From contig CM106586.1 of assembly GCA_048013815.1 (NCBI GenBank), forward strand, positions 682,001 to 746,000: a stretch of DNA of 64,000 bases, written 5' to 3'. Numbering within the stretch: position 1 is the first letter of the stretch; each line of letters opens with the position of its first letter. A program made the position numbers and the translations under genes. This document shows, one piece after another, positions 62,401-64,000 of the stretch. Origin of the DNA: Setoptus koraiensis. Lineage: Eukaryota; Animalia; Arthropoda. Below the pieces are notes generated by a model. That model searched no databases, was not told the origin of the DNA, and saw only the letters and a list, made by a program, of their open reading frames with translations.

Positions 62401-62986
62401 GGGGGGTTGTCGGTTCGAGCGAGGGTTGAGGGCGAAGCCCTCAACCCGAGGCGAGGCAAGCTCGCAAGGCCGAAGGCCGAGTCGGTAAAGATCGAAAGAG
62501 GGTCCAGTATAGATGGAAGGTTGAGTAACGAAGTAAATCAGTGAAAAGTGGGGACATATCCCTTTATTCTAATCTCATCATCTGTATCAGAGCCGCGAAT
62601 GGGTCGACCTCTCTTCTTGCACGCGCTAGGACTCTGTGGGTGGTCTCACTAACTGCGGGCGCAGTTTCACTCCGCGCCGCACTCAACGGTCACGCCTCTT
62701 CGGTTTGACTGCATTCTTCCTCTTTCCCGAGCTTCTGGGTATCATCTACCCTCGGCTCAGAGACGCGAGTTCCCTACCCGATGTCCGCGCAGGTGGGTAT
62801 CGCCGATTGAACCGTCAATATGCCCTCAAATACCCCGAAATACCCAGAATGCGGTACCCCGGGTATCTCGGTAACGAAGAATTTCCGCACTTCCGGAATA
62901 CCCATTTGGGTATCAGGGCACTATACCCCACCCAAAAATACCCAAAATACCTAAATTGGGCGTGGCTCCTATTCGATGGTACAACC
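62400..62986 (-). mobile_element. Arm of a K-type TIR element related to 15236-16221, with a GC-rich hairpin block
   Basis: Terminus GATGGTACAACC; GGGTATT-rich arm; internal homology to 15420-15600. Confidence 0.7.
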
Positions 62987-63177
62987 CAATCATCGGTCGA
63001 GCCTGGTTCGACTTCATTTTTCAAGAACAATTCCTCGCTGTCATCCTCCGAATCCGAATCAAGTGTATGTGTTTCAACATGTGGTTCGCTCGGTGATCCA
63101 ACCCTCGATCCTATGGGCCTCGCCAGGGCCGAGGAGATGACCAATAATAAGGTCAGACTAGCGGCAAAGAGCTTCAT
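62987..63177 (-). pseudogene. 5' fragment of a secreted-protein gene, truncated by a TIR end
   Basis: MKLFAASLTLLLVISSALA (signal-peptide pattern) then acidic DSDSEDDSEE; beyond 62986 the frame runs into TIR sequence. Confidence 0.6.
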
Positions 63178-64000
63178 TGTTATGCAATTGTATTGTTATA
63201 AATGTACCGCTCTTGTGTTGTGTGAATTGTGGATGAACTTTTGACAGCGAGAGAGAGAGCGAACCACAGACTTTGACCTACAGTACACTGTAGAGGTCAC
63301 AGACTTTGACAGCTTACTGTGATCGACTGCACTGTGATAGCTTACTGTAATCGACTGCACTGTGATAGCTCACTGTGATCGACCGCACTGTAACACCTAC
63401 CCTATACATAGCTGGAGGGGCGAAAGCCCCCCTGAGGTCGGCGCAGTCGGCCCCAGGGGGGCTGTGAAAAACCGTGCCGGCGGAGGCGGCGAGCGGAGCG
63501 AGCCGCGCTATTTTTACCTGCCACGCCCCTTTTTCCGCACCGGAAGCGGATACCCGACCGGACACGCCCCCTTTCTGATGCGTTCTTCAGGTTGACAGTA
63601 TGTACACACAGAGCCAGTCGCTCGCAGCGCCATCTGCCGGCGACTCTGTCGTCCTGCGCAGATGGCCGAAATTAACCAGAAAAACACCAGAATATTGCAA
63701 AAACGAAAAAAAAAATGGGTAAACGGTTACCCGGGTTCGACTCAGCTCCTCGAGATCTTCAAGAATAGACCCATTAGAAAAAAATCCGGGCGTTAAAGTC
63801 ACCTAGGCTACCTTGTTAAACACTCTGTGCGAGTGTAATCGATTTTGTGTTTCTAGTATCGGCGGTGTCGGTCATTTTTGGGGTGTTTTTTCGATCAAGT
63901 CCCCACTCAGAATTGATGGAACTTCACACACGGGCCCTGCAGGGGCCCCACATCATGAATTAGGTAGATCCGGTATCATTTCTGGTTTGGTCTAACGGTT

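Noticed and set aside
63660-63745. tRNA gene
   Set aside because: Only a B-box-like motif; no cloverleaf or convincing A box.
14200-64000. Autonomous Helitron/Helentron RepHel gene
   Set aside because: No HUH Rep or PIF1 helicase motifs in any ORF or frame that I read.

Overview
Eukaryotic (probably arthropod/mite-like; inference) genomic DNA with three 500-N scaffold gaps and two very different halves. Bases 1-14.2 kb are AT-rich, microsatellite-laden and almost free of transposons; they hold the last two exons of a Gly/Tyr-rich protein gene. Bases ~14.2-64 kb are a dense nest of mobile elements built from two non-autonomous systems. The first is a Helentron/DINE-1-like family group with a 5' palindromic end TTAGCGCTTAATTTTAATTAAG and a 3' end AAAATTAAGCGCTC-hairpin-CTTG. 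It inserts next to T without a TSD, often into its own ends, and carries internal tandem repeats (~42, ~60-80, 157, 193, ~230 bp). The second is a TIR family with GG termini and 9-bp TSDs that carries a GC-rich multi-hairpin cassette, after which the downstream sequence switches at a fixed point (..GCAATCCA|). Between these lie 0.15-1.5 kb fragments of Ty1/copia, Ty3/gypsy, Tc1/mariner (DD37E, DD41D), Merlin, two hAT types and MULE/FLYWCH, plus a few host-like ORFs, in both orientations. The best candidates for new biology are a Ty1/copia pol that runs in frame into an envelope/fusion-glycoprotein-like ORF (three more diverged env-like fragments occur in the window), the hairpin cassette with its fixed cargo-exchange point (one cargo is an uninterrupted Merlin transposase), and the terminus-targeting Helentron-like nest. 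Coordinates of degenerate fragments are approximate; protein-family calls rest on visual motif recognition, not database searches.
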